Shown here one piece after another: positions 52,408 to 64,000 of a stretch of DNA of 64,000 bases. A program made the translations under genes and the position numbers. Location: contig JAPEUD010000004.1 of assembly GCA_026026165.1 (NCBI GenBank), forward strand, positions 248,001 to 312,000. The letters are read 5' to 3'. Position 1 is the stretch's first letter; the number at the start of each line of letters is the position of its first letter. The stretch is from Sarea resinae. Its lineage: Eukaryota. The notes below the pieces were generated by a model that was not told the origin of the DNA, did no database searches, and saw only the letters and a program-made list of their open reading frames with translations.

Positions 52408-54235
52408 CTACTCGGTCACATACAAGTCAACATACTTATCAACGTCCATCTCCTCCAGCCTCTTGGCGTCATCACCCAGCTCCACTAATTCCTGAACCCG
52501 GCTCTCAGGGAAATGAGGCCCAAGATGTCTCTTGTACTTGGCCAAGATCTCCGGCTTAGCCTCTTCTCTTCTGGTCTTATGACCCAGAGGCGCTTCCACC
52601 ACGACCTCCTCATATGTCGATCCGTCCTTGAGATGGACAGTGAGAGCGTTAGGGATGCTTCGCTGGCTCGGGTCATGGTAATCCTTGGTGAATTGAGGGT
52701 CCTCGACGCAGCTGATGCGCTGGCGAAGGGATTCGACTAGAGGTGAGGTTGCGGCTTCGCCACCATCAGTGTAGTCGGTAGCTTCAAGTCTGTTGAACAC
52801 CAACATGACCGAGACCATATACTGATAGAAAAAGGTCAGTTGAGTGAGATCCAGTCAATTTGTGGCTAACGCACCTGAATGCAATGGTCGCGGTCTGCAA
52901 AGTTGTCCATCGGCTTGAATTGCTTGTCGATGATCCGGACGCAGGCCTCATGTGTCCGAATAGTGACATCTTGAATGTCTTCAGCAGATTTTCCCTGTGC
53001 CTTGAGCTGAGCGTGGATTTTCTTCGCTGCCTCAATGGCAGTTTGGGAATGAAATTCGGCTGCAACAAAGGTGTCAGACAGGTCTCGAAAATTGATAGGC
53101 CGAGCAGACTTACCTGGATAAGAGACTTTAAAGAGGACGTTCTCCATGACATAGCTGCCATAAGGTCTTTGGAAATCGAACTTCTTGCCACTGAAAAGAA
53201 CGTCGTAGAAGCCCCACGTAGGTGCCGAGAGGATAGTTGGCATGCCTCCTTCGCCTTTCAAAACCTTCAAGACGAGGTTGACGGCCCTTTCGCACGCGTC
53301 ACCAGCAGCCCAAGATTTCCTTGACATTGTGTTTGGCGAGTGTCGATACGTCCGCAAGCTCTGGCCATCAACAAAGGCTTGAGTGATTGCGTCTGCGGTT
53401 TGCAATTCCGAAAGACCCATCATCTTCGCTGTAACTGCTGCAGTCGCTACCTTCACGAGCAGAACATGATCCAAACCGACCTTGTTGAAGGAGTTCTCCA
53501 GAGCCAGACATCCTTGAATTTCGTGTGCCTTGATCATAGCCTCGAGGATATCTTTGATCTTGAGCACCTTCCCTTGCCCGATATTTCCTCCGGCTCGATT
53601 GGTGCGAGAGATCCAATCTGCGACTGCCAGGATACCCCCGAGATTGTCAGAAGGGTGTCCCCATTCGGCTGCCAACCAACAATCGTTGTAATCAAGCCAG
53701 CGGATCATTGCTCCAATATTGAAGGCACCCCGAACAGGATCCAATTGATATGGGGTACCGGGTACGCGAGTACCATGCGGGACGACGGTGCCTGGTACAA
53801 CAGGCCCTAGGAGCTTTGTGCATTCCTTGAATCGGAGAGCTTCCAGACCGCATCCTAGCGTATCCAGAAACACAAAACGAGCCGTATCAAACTATATTAA
53901 ATATTAGGCATTTCATCATGAATAAGCTGCATCAAGGTACACTCAAGACGTACAGCGAGATCAGAATCGACTTTATAATTGTGAACGTAGCCCGCGATGT
54001 CCTTGATCTCCGGATCGTACTCCTTTGGCCCCGAAGGTGCTGGTGCAGACGAGTGCAGAGCAGACATGGTGGAAAATGGGGCAGACGCTGGCGTGGAACG
54101 AGCTATGATCCTTGGCCGGGCGTTGACGTTGACAGCTAAAGGCGAACGTAGGAGATGTCGAGAAGGGCAGCCAAGAGGCTTCTGCCGTAGCTGTCTCGAG
54201 GCTTTGCGGCAAAGACTGCTGCTGAGTGATGACAT
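52408..54235 (-). CDS. PDH1: Mitochondrial 2-methylcitrate dehydratase (PrpD/Pdh1), 4 exons
   Basis: Presequence, [65 protein letters not shown]. Confidence 0.96.
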
Positions 54236-55335
54236 GCTTGCAGTCGATTGATTAGCCAAAATGCCCGACAAAATGCGTCCCACGTTCGAGGTCTTATTCC
54301 AGGTTCGATTAACACCGGACAGCAGAACGAAGAGGATGACCAATTGAGGATGAAAGGATATATCGTACTCAAGATGATGCTGAGGATCAAACCAGCAAGT
54401 CAACAAAATTCAAAAGTTGGAACCGCAAGCACGGTTTATGAAGACACAGAAGGCGGTTGTGGGGAACTATGGGGAACTTTGGGTGGGGGGATACATGGAA
54501 CATACACGAGGGCCGAGGCCCCCTCTCGCTCTCGCGGCCGCTCGGCCCGTGTCCAGCCACTGAAGGTCCCAAAACACTCAATACGGTAATGATATCTTAC
54601 CCTGCCTACAACTAGCCAGACTCGGGTTCCGGAGAAAACCCCGAGCGAAAGAAGCATTTCATGAATGATATCACATACCCGTAGCAAAAGATAGGAGGTT
54701 TCTTTCTTTTCTTTTCTCGTGACTATCATACAAGGAGTTTGCCGTGGTCCTACAGAACCGATTCCACTTTTTCTTTTGAGTCCCCCATTCATGAAAAATC
54801 ATGCCATCCATTGCGACCTCATCCTTGCTAAGAACCCTCCTCCTCACAAGTAGCCACAAACGCAATAGCAATAGCTAGATATGAGACTGGGATAGACCTC
54901 GAGCAGGTCAATCTTGCAAATTTCGCCGTGTCATCTCGACATTATGACCGACAGGAGCCATCGAACAGCTTTCCACCGACCCTCGAGAATCTTCGCGACA
55001 GACGAAGCGCACAAAAAGCGGCAAGGGCTCGAGAAATTGATTTCGCGCGGGTATGGACTGACCCGCTTTTCTTTTTTGAACAGGGAGGAGAGATGAGAAA
55101 ATAGAAAGAGTGCGTACAGATAAAGAAGCAGAAACCTAGCAGCACACCAAACACCAACCAAGCGCGCACAGTGATAAACTGAGGAGGACAAAGAGAAGCG
55201 ACATCAGGATGGGTGAGTTTGGCGATTGAGGGGTTCTGAATTATTATGGGATCTGGGTATCAAGTAAAGATGCGATCAATCGGTGATCTCGTGCGCCACC
55301 CTTGCTTCAATAACCCAAGAGAAACATCAACCACT

Positions 55336-56175
55336 TTATGCTTGAGGCGGATGTTGTTGTGGCATTCTAGCCTGCGGCGGCATGGGATACTGCGCACCGG
55401 CTGCTTGCGACTGGGACGCGACATACTGCTGATATGCCAATTGCTGCTGTTGTTCGGGAGTCATGTACGCCGGATGCAGCCCAGCGCTTCGCGGCATACC
55501 ACCCTGTGCTGGGACTTGCTGTTGATGGGTGGCTTCTTCTGGTGAGTCAACCGCGGATTCTCCGTCCACACCATTCTCATTACCAGTCGCAGGCTCTGGA
55601 GCGTTAAGACAAGCCTAGAAGACATCAATCACCACAGCCATCAACATGATGATACCGCACGCTTACCTGGATCAAATTTTTGCCCTCGGCCTTCGTCACT
55701 AGCGGTTGTAGCTTTGGCGTTGTGAAAGTGTAGACTAGACCAGTCTCTGACACGACGAGAAGGAGGACTTGAGTGCCGGTGAGCACGGAGAGCTCATAAG
55801 CCTAATGATGAGATGAAATTAGCGCGTCAATTGACCAAAAATGGAGAGGTGACACGTCGAGTTCGCGATGTCTTTGTAGAGTTTCCTTACCTTCTTCATG
55901 ATGCCAGCCTTTCGCTTCGAAAAGGTGATGTGACGACGCGACTTGTCCTGAATGAATTTGATCTCGATTTTCCGTCGTTCGCGGCCCGGTTTATCATCAT
56001 CGTCATCATCATCATCGGCAGTGCTGGGTCGAGGGCGCTTCACACCGCGCGTCGCCTCGCCTCCAGGCAGAGCGCCATTGCCATTGCCGTTGCCATTGCC
56101 AGCGCCGACGGAAGCGATCGCGTCATCATTGACGGGCGGCGAAGGCTTTGTTTCGTGTTCAGCGACTTCAGACAT
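55336..56175 (-). CDS. MCM1: SRF-type MADS-box transcription factor Mcm1 (3 exons)
   Basis: RERRKIEIKFIQDKSRRHITFSKRKAGIMKK|AYELSVLTGTQVLLLVVSETGLVYTFTTPKLQP; Q-rich tail. Confidence 0.96.
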
Positions 56176-57155
56176 TGCAACTATTTATTTGAAGATACGA
56201 TGGTCGAATAGGTATTCTGTTTGAGAATGTACCTCTCTAACTGCTTGCGGTGTCGCGACGTTGTGGGGGAGGCTTCCTGTTTCTGGCGGAGAGTGTAGGG
56301 AATCCCTTTGAGGATAGGTGTCGCGGCCAGGACGAAGTGTGAGTGGCCGGCGGTTAATTAAAGCTCTCACGAGCACGAAGAGGAATAGGCGGAGCAGTCG
56401 CAGCAACAGCGATGCAGCTCAATCCTAAAAGGGTGCGGGAGATGTGAGATTAATGATTGATCAGGCAAGGTGAGCGATGACGGGCCTGGGAGGAGTGTGT
56501 GGTAGGTAAATGCAAGGAATGCAAAGGGTTAGAGGATCGGAAGTAGACTTCAGAAGTAAGTATGGCAGCGACTCGAGGAGGGAAGGGTGAAACGGGGGGG
56601 GAGCGGTATGTGGGTAAGTTAATCGGAGGGGGGGGATCCGATATGGGCAAGAGGGAAAGTTGGGGGGTCTCTCTCTCTCCCCTCTCATCTCATCCATCCT
56701 CGGTAAGGTGACCCAAGGAACAAATAACGGTCGAGGCTGAAATCGCGCATAAGGTAGGTATGATGGGTGCGCATCGACCAACCAGCAGCGAGCAAGTAGC
56801 CGAGAGCTCCGGCATCACGTGAACCGCAGACGCGCCTGCGCTTTTGCGTGCGCCGGTGGATACAGAGAGGGAGAGATGATGAGGAGAGGATGAAAGGCGG
56901 CTGTGAGGTGGGTGGGTAGGAAGGTGAGGGTACGTGTAACGAACGCTGTGCGCAGGAGCTGGTTGCTTCAATCCAGCGATCATGATGAACACGGTCGCAA
57001 CTACACCCATCTCAGGTCATGCGACCGAAGAGACGAATGCAGGCAAAGAAGGCAAGGTGCAGAAAAGACAAAGCCAGAAATGTAAGGTCGCACAGAGATT
57101 GAAAGCTCGTTGAATTGAGAGAGTACGTACTTTGTTTTCAAATGCCTTCTTCCGG

Positions 57156-57206
57156 TAGCAGCAATAGCAACAGCGGCAGCGGCAGCGGCAGCAGCAGCAG
57201 CAGCAG
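57156..57206 (+). repeat. (GCA/GCGGCA)n trinucleotide-type repeat upstream of MCM1
   Basis: agcagcaatagcaacagcggcagcggcagcggcagcagcagcagcagcag read directly. Confidence 0.8.
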
Positions 57207-58703
57207 GAACACGGACGTGGCGGGTACTCTTTCGCGCGTCAGAATGAAGCAAGTCAACGCGACTGTCAAAACGATGGAGGTCTCCTACCAGCAAGCGGAG
57301 TGGTCGTAGTAGCAATTGGCTGAACTCGATGCGGATAGACAGATTGCTCGGTGGGTAGAGGATGATGAAAGGAAGAGACACGGCCTCGCCCTTTCAGGAG
57401 AGATGTGCGACGAGAACAGGAAGACAACTCTCGATTGGTTACAAGCGGCCTTTGCTCGCTCGGGTCCGGGGCGTCTGGTTGGGTTGGGGCTCGGCTTGGC
57501 TTGTTTGAAAGAAGATTAATGCCAGGGAAAATCAATTTATGACTCCGCCGTGCTACTCTGGAGTAGTTGTGGGCGTACCGAGTACGGAGGACGAAGTCCG
57601 AAGTACTTTGCCGCCCGGACCTGCAGCTGGACGGGACGGGTACTGGCACCTGAGGAAGAAGTACCTACTCGACAATCAGATCTGATGATGATGGATCGTT
57701 TGAGAAGGATTGGATGAATCAATTGGCAAGATGACTGGCAGTAGTGAGGTGAGGCAAGCCCAGGCACTCTGCACGACACGAATGAGGAAAAGTGGCAGAG
57801 GGCAGAACAACTGAAGGTGAAGGGGAACGTGGGAGCTGGAGCTGGAGGTGCGACCTGGACGGATACAGTATGGCTTCTCGACCTTTCCGTGGATAGAGGG
57901 ACAGAGATTATGTAAGCTCTGTTACCACATTGCATTGATGCATTGATGCATTGATTTCACTGACCTGCTACGTATTGACACTACCCTGCCCACGAGGATA
58001 GCTGCAGCCTCGAAAATGATTGTTGCCTGCCTGATTCACTCCGCCAGGTGGCTGCTTACTTCTGGCTATCCATTGATACCGGACTTTAGCTTTTTCTCCT
58101 TGCTAGTTGAACTTCCAATATTGTGTTGATACGACGGATGGCCGTCCTCGACCCGTCAACGAATTGTACAACTATGAGTTGCGTCCAGGCCTTAGAGCTG
58201 TCTTTCTTCGTCTTGATTACTCTCTACCTTCACATACCTAGCCAGAAGAGTTCATGCGCTATCATTCCATTCAAGCGGCCCAAGATCGATCGCTGCCTGC
58301 CGAACCAATGACAAGCGCAGAGCAGATCCCTTGCGGCGCTTGCGAAACATGAGGGCGGTCCATCAATTCGGTTCCAGCACCTGCGCATTGCAGTAAGCGC
58401 TGCTATCTTTACTCAGCCGCCTAATTGGTCTCACTTATTCCCTCTCTATGCTTTGACTTCCTGTATATGATCTTGTGCTTGTCTTCTCCCTTCGTTCTGA
58501 GCGTGTCTCTGAGCTCGAGGTCTTGGCAATATTTCAAACCCTTCCATCTTGCTGGCTCTAGCTGCGTGCTTGGGTCCTACACGCTTCCTTGTTTTCGATA
58601 TTGCTCCCGCAGACGCAGGTCGTCGTACAAGATTTCCGTTCAAGTTATCATTACTCATCCTCCATTCAGGGGTTTGGAGGCAATCCATTCATTCAAGGGC
58701 GCG

Positions 58704-59573
58704 ATGAACAAAATCCTAATTACACTCCTGGTCGTTGACTTCCTCTTTGTGGGCACAGGTGGCCTGCTCCTAGCTTTTGGTTTAATAGCAGAAGAGGGTT
58801 TGTTTCCCAACGCCACGGTAAGCAACGTGGCGAACCAATTTATCTACATGCAATGTCCTCGAGACGGTACGTCTTATTGCCACAATGCTATGGCAAACCT
58901 TCTCTATTGCTTTACGATACCATGTGCCATTGCCCTTGGGAAGACATGACTTACTCCTTTCTTCAGGTTTGATTACGAACGGCGCACTTGTCATGGGCAC
59001 GTTCGTCCTTTCCCTCCCGGCTATTTTCCTCACGTCAAGCAGACGCTCCCTCAAAATTCTTGCCTGGGCGATCGTAGCGTGCGCTATTTTCACCCTGATC
59101 CTGGGACTTGATATCTGGTTTCGCACTTTAAGGACGAGGACCGACCTTGGCGTAGTATGGGGCCAACAAAGGGCTGAGACACAGAGCATGCTAGAGATGA
59201 AGGTAGAGAGATCTTTCTCTATATCGATAGATGCAAAGTCTGATGTTCCCAGTTCGATTGCTGTGGCTACCTCAATAGCTCGTCACCAGCATTCCAGCTT
59301 AGCTCTTCTTGCCCTACTCCTCAGATTGCGGCATCAAAGCCTGGCTGCGTGAGCGACTTTAGCAATTATGTGAATCGATACCTGGACCTCATCTTCACCT
59401 CTTTGTTCGGTATTGCAGGTAGGCCTTCTATTCCATCTTTCTATCTTCGATGCATGACTCATCAGCTCGATCTAGGGCTGGATATGATCCTGCTCATATG
59501 TGTGGTCACCACCCTCAAAGATCGCTCAGACCAGAAGAGATATCGTCTCATTGACGAGAAGTTTGGACTCTGA
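58704..59573 (+). CDS. PLS1: Fungal tetraspanin Pls1 (4 exons)
   Basis: Four TM helices, FDCCGY in the large loop with further Cys (SSCP..PGCV), C-terminus KDRS..RYRLIDEK. Confidence 0.88.
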
Positions 59574-60530
59574 AATAATTGGCTGCGAAGGTCGCTTGGG
59601 ACAGTCACTCGCAGATTGCGTTTGCCGATGTCGAATCATAAGACTCACTGCTCCCAGAAGCTTGTATCGCTTTCCTCGAAGCAAGGTCTCTACCTGATCC
59701 GTTGGCATTTGAATTAACATGCTACGATTTCATGGAAATACTTTTTGTAAGAAACTTATCACTTGGTGGTCGATGCAGGGACTGCCATCGTTGTATGCGC
59801 TCCAGAGCAGTCTAGACTTGTATATCTTCAAGCTTGTCATGCTTGGTGGCCCCTCGGCCGATGCTGATGCATTCTTCATTTGGCATTTGGCTCAGAGATA
59901 AGATAACCATGGGGCAAAGCTTCTAGAACAGGAGCATCGATATGTCTTGGTGGACTGGGATTGAGATGGCCGCCCACCTCATTCTTCCAGCCACTCTTCT
60001 GTCATTCGTTGTACGTGGGCCGACATCGCCCATGACCGGAAAAGGTCGGGAAGTTGACGCTTCTCCGGGGTACGTCACGCACGACAGAGAGATGGATGCC
60101 CGGATGAGGTGTGGGGTGGCAGCAACGACAGTTCAACCGAGGTCCGGGTGTCGGTCCTGGGGAAGAATGGCAGACGACTTCCAAGGTCGACTTCGTTGTG
60201 ACAGGTACTTTGCTCCTCACGCCAAGTCCAGTACGAATTACGAGTAGCCTCTACTATGGGGTACACGGCCTTCGAGACACAAGGCCCGCTCAAGCATGCA
60301 CGCATGCACGCATTGATGCATCGAGGCCGCGCAGGTAGCTCGCTTGTTGCCGGCATTTGCATAGACCCATGTATGAGGGAAGTCGGTTCAGAAACAGTTC
60401 GCGCATCAATTCCATTCTTGTGTCGTGACGTATCATCCATGTGAAAGAGCGATATGTACAAAGTACGGGCAATTGATTCAAGTGCTTCTCGACCCCTCAG
60501 ATCGAGGGCAAAGGGGGCTACCAGATAACC

Positions 60531-60613
60531 CTTCTGCTCTCCTTCTGCTCTCCTTCTGCTCTCCTTCTGCTCTCCTTCTGCTCTCCTTCTGCTCTCCTTC
60601 TGCTCCCCTTCTG
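60531..60613 (+). repeat. 11-bp tandem repeat (CTTCTGCTCTC) x ~7.5
   Basis: Seen directly, about 750 bp upstream of the malate synthase ATG. Confidence 0.95.
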
Positions 60614-61354
60614 ATTGATATGGTCGAGGCTTCGTATGATTCTACGGCATCAATTCTCTCGATCACTTCGTCCGTGACCAGGCAAGGTAGAAGTAGAATA
60701 CTACGTCAGGTAAGGTAGGGCATCGATCCATATACCGTCTTTCTTTCCCCCCATGGATCTCCCCGGCTAAGACAGCCGAGCAACCCCAAGGCCGATTCCC
60801 AAGTGGGTTCGACTTCCCCACATTGATTCACCAGCATGGGCGCAGTGTTGACTGCCGACCACTGTCATCGAGAGCACCCTTCCAGCCACAGGACCGCAGA
60901 GGGCTAGGTAATAATCATGAGCTTCCATTGTGTCCCCTCGTCCGAGAGAGATCCGACCGTTCCAGGATGGGAGGCAGGGCGCGAGGGGCCAAGTGCGAAA
61001 GTACTCCAGCCGTTGTCGACGCTACCATATACATGACTTCAAGCTTACTCACAATCACACCAAACGCCGCTTGATCTCCCCTCGTCTCTCCGCATCCCCC
61101 AGTTGCCAGCCAGTTGCCGCGGCTTTGGCTCATTGGTGGTTCGTGATTGGTGACATAAAGTGTATCCTACGATTCCACAGCTACTCCGACTAGCGAACCC
61201 TACCTGGCCCGGCACCTTCTCTGACGTATATAGTCCACCGAGCTCCCTCCCCGCGTGAAGCTTGAGAATATAATCATCTGTGACTCGTCCTGCCTACTAT
61301 CATCTGTTTCTACCTTTGTTTTACAGTATCATCGAAGAGTATCACAGAATCACA

Positions 61355-63268
61355 ATGGCAAGCATCGACGATATCCTCAAGGACGTGCACGTCCTCGGGT
61401 CCCTCAATGACCAGACCCGCAAAATCCTCAGCAAAGAAGCAACCGCTTTCCTAGCCCTCCTCCAACGATCTTTCAATCCCACGCGGAAAGCCCTCTTGAA
61501 GAGACGTGAGATCCGCCAAGCCGAGCTCGACAAGGGAAATATTCCGGATTTCCTTCCCGAGACGAAGTCAATCCGCGAGAACGATGCGTGGAAGGGTGCC
61601 CCTCCGGCACCGGGTCTGATCGACCGAAGGGTTGAGATCACTGGGCCCACAGACAGGAAGATGGTGGTGAACGCTTTGAACTCGAATGTGTGGACGTACA
61701 TGGCCGATTTTGAAGGTGATTACAGCCGTCATGGACGATCGGCAAATGGTAGCTGACGATCTCGCAGACTCGAGTGCGCCTACATGGGACAACATGATCA
61801 ACGGACAGGTCAATCTCTATGATGCCATCCGGAACCAAGTGGACTTCAAGCAGGGCGAAAAGGATTACAAGCTTCGGACGGATCGTACACTACCCACCCT
61901 GATCGTCCGACCCCGTGGCTGGCACTTGGAGGAGAAGCATGTCACCGTGGACGGTGAGCCGATGTCTGGCAGTCTTTTCGACTTTGGTCTCTATTTCTTC
62001 CACAATGCCGAGGAGTTGGTCAAGCGGGGAACTGGTCCATACTTCTATCTTCCCAAGATGGAGTCACATCTGGAAGCTCGTCTGTGGAACGACGTCTTCA
62101 ACCTTGGCCAGGATTATATCGGAATGAGGCGGGGTACCATCCGAGGAACTGTCTTGATTGAGACCATCTTGGCCGCATTTGAGATGGACGAGGTATGTTG
62201 TTTTGTAATGATAGTCATAATGGCCTGGCTAATTTGATCATCTAGATCATCTATGAACTCCGTGACCACAGCTCTGGACTCAACTGCGGTCGGTGGGATT
62301 ACATCTTCAGCGTTATCAAGAAGTTCCGCAACAACTCGAACTTCGTCCTTCCCGATCGGTCCGCAGTCACCATGACTGTGCCGTTCATGGACGCCTACGT
62401 CAAGCTACTAATCAAGACCTGCCACAGAAGAGGAGTGCACGCAATGGTATGCTTAGTCGAATCTGGTCTCAAATAACAGCGCTAATTTGGTTTTCAGGGT
62501 GGCATGGCAGCACAAATCCCCATCAAGACCGACCCGAAGGCGAACGAGATCGCCATGGCTGGCGTCCGGGCCGATAAGCTCAGAGAAGTTCGGGCAGGTC
62601 ATGACGGAACCTGGGTTGCTCACCCCGCTCTCGCTGCCATCGCCTCTGACGTCTTTAACACGCACATGCCCACTCCTAACCAAATCTTCATTCGCCGAGA
62701 GGACGTTCACATCACTGGCAACGATCTGCTCAATATGAACGTTCCGGGTAAGGTCACCGAAGAAGGTATCAGAAAGAATTTGAACATCGGTCTGGGCTAT
62801 ATGGAAGGATGGCTACGAGGTATTGGCTGCGTGCCAATCAACTTCTTGATGGTTAGATCCCCTATATCCCTCTCGAAAAATCATCTTCCAGAAAGCTGAT
62901 ACCCGGAACAGGAGGACGCTGCGACTGCAGAAGTAAGCCGAAGCCAACTTTGGCAATGGAGCAAGCACGGCATCGCCACTGCCGAAGGCAAGCGCGTCGA
63001 CAAGGCGTACGCCCTCAAGCTCTTGCACGAGCAAGCCCAGGAGCTGGCCTCCAAGTCGCCTGCCGGAAACAAATATCACCTCGCTGAGAAGTACTTTGCG
63101 GGCCAAGTGACGGGCGAGGACTACGCCGACTTTTTGACCTCGTAAGTCACCATTTATGCTTCCCTTTGAGTGCATTCGTCGCTCCTATACCGGATGAGAA
63201 CTAATGCCATTTTCAACAGGCTATTGTACAATGAAATCACATCGGTAGGCGCCGCTGCGAAGTTGTAA
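61355..63268 (+). CDS. acuE: Peroxisomal malate synthase (6 exons)
   Basis: [75 protein letters not shown]; ends AKL* (PTS1). Confidence 0.97.
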
Positions 63269-64000
63269 TCAATTTGAAAAAAAAACAATCATGTAAACAA
63301 GTCAGTCGATGAGCATTCCCCAGATATATTATTGCTATAAATGATCAGTTTTCTCCTCACTTCTGGGTTTCTTTCTCATCTTGTTCCTACCTCTCCTTTT
63401 CTCGGCTTGGGGTGGACCAGACGTGCTGATTCATTTCCTCTGCTTCCCATGTACAGATCAAAGAACCACAAGTCCTGACGTCTGCTTCGGGTGCGAACTG
63501 AACCTGCGAACGGGTTCGAGGAAAACGAATAGCATTTTGAATGAATGACACTTGGCGGCGAATGTATAGCCTGATCGGTGCGCAGAGAAGGGGGGAAACA
63601 AGTCTCGTCCTCTTTGACTAGGCCCGTATGTGTGGATTGAACTGGGATTGGAATCGTTAATGACGTCGAATGAAATCTTATTTTACATTCCAACGTGACT
63701 GGTCCATGCTTTTTACTCTGGGTTTCGCTGTCGAGATTTTAGATTTTGATTTTGATGACTGATGTGTGATGTGTGATGAATGGTATTTTGGACATGGTAT
63801 TTTGGACATGATATGATATCAAATACGTCACAGCCAGTCGTCATAAAATTGATCCGTCTTGAGCTGAGCGCAAGAAACGCAGATTTTCACATTCCAGCTT
63901 CGACCTACTCCTTGCCCAAAGTCATTAACGACCGTCTCAAACCCTCACCTTCCGGCAAATCGATGAAAAAGCCCTCGATAATTTTATTTCCCCCCATAGT

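Noticed and set aside
56200..58650. ORFs between MCM1 and PLS1
   Set aside because: Microsatellite-rich divergent promoter/UTR sequence without coding signatures.
60770..60822. tRNA-like GGGTTCGACTTCCC T-arm/B-box sequence
   Set aside because: No acceptor stem, D-arm or anticodon arm could be folded around it.

Overview
Intron-rich genomic DNA from a filamentous ascomycete (Pezizomycotina; the species cannot be determined from the sequence). About 20 host genes can be reconstructed by joining ORF fragments across introns: a partial SDR, a mitochondrial Mg2+ transporter, WASP/Las17, an ~80-aa three-exon protein, Rad1/XPF, eIF1A, a hypothetical protein with RnpA-like features, Chs5, a RID/Masc1 cytosine methyltransferase, a GH5 exo-glucanase, an EutQ-like cupin, an Acr-2-like Zn2Cys6 factor, a glutamine-synthetase-like ligase, an SDR, a SET-domain protein, 2-methylcitrate dehydratase, Mcm1, a Pls1 tetraspanin and malate synthase. 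A 7.7-kb AT-rich, RIP-destroyed DNA transposon (about 20554-28258) lies about 2 kb from the RID gene. It carries relics of a RecQ-like helicase, a Zn2Cys6-like/coiled-coil gene and a convergent DUF6589-type transposase, which suggests an AcademH-like element. Best candidates for undescribed biology: (1) a putative fungal gamma-glutamylation cluster for ethanolamine/amine catabolism (EutQ cupin, Acr-2 factor, GlnA4/PauA-like ligase, Rv2857c/SCO1611-like SDR, GATA-rich divergent promoter); (2) the three-gene Academ-like element with an unusual RIP context bias; (3) a possible bacterial-RnpA-fold protein. All family assignments come from motif recognition by eye; no database search was run.
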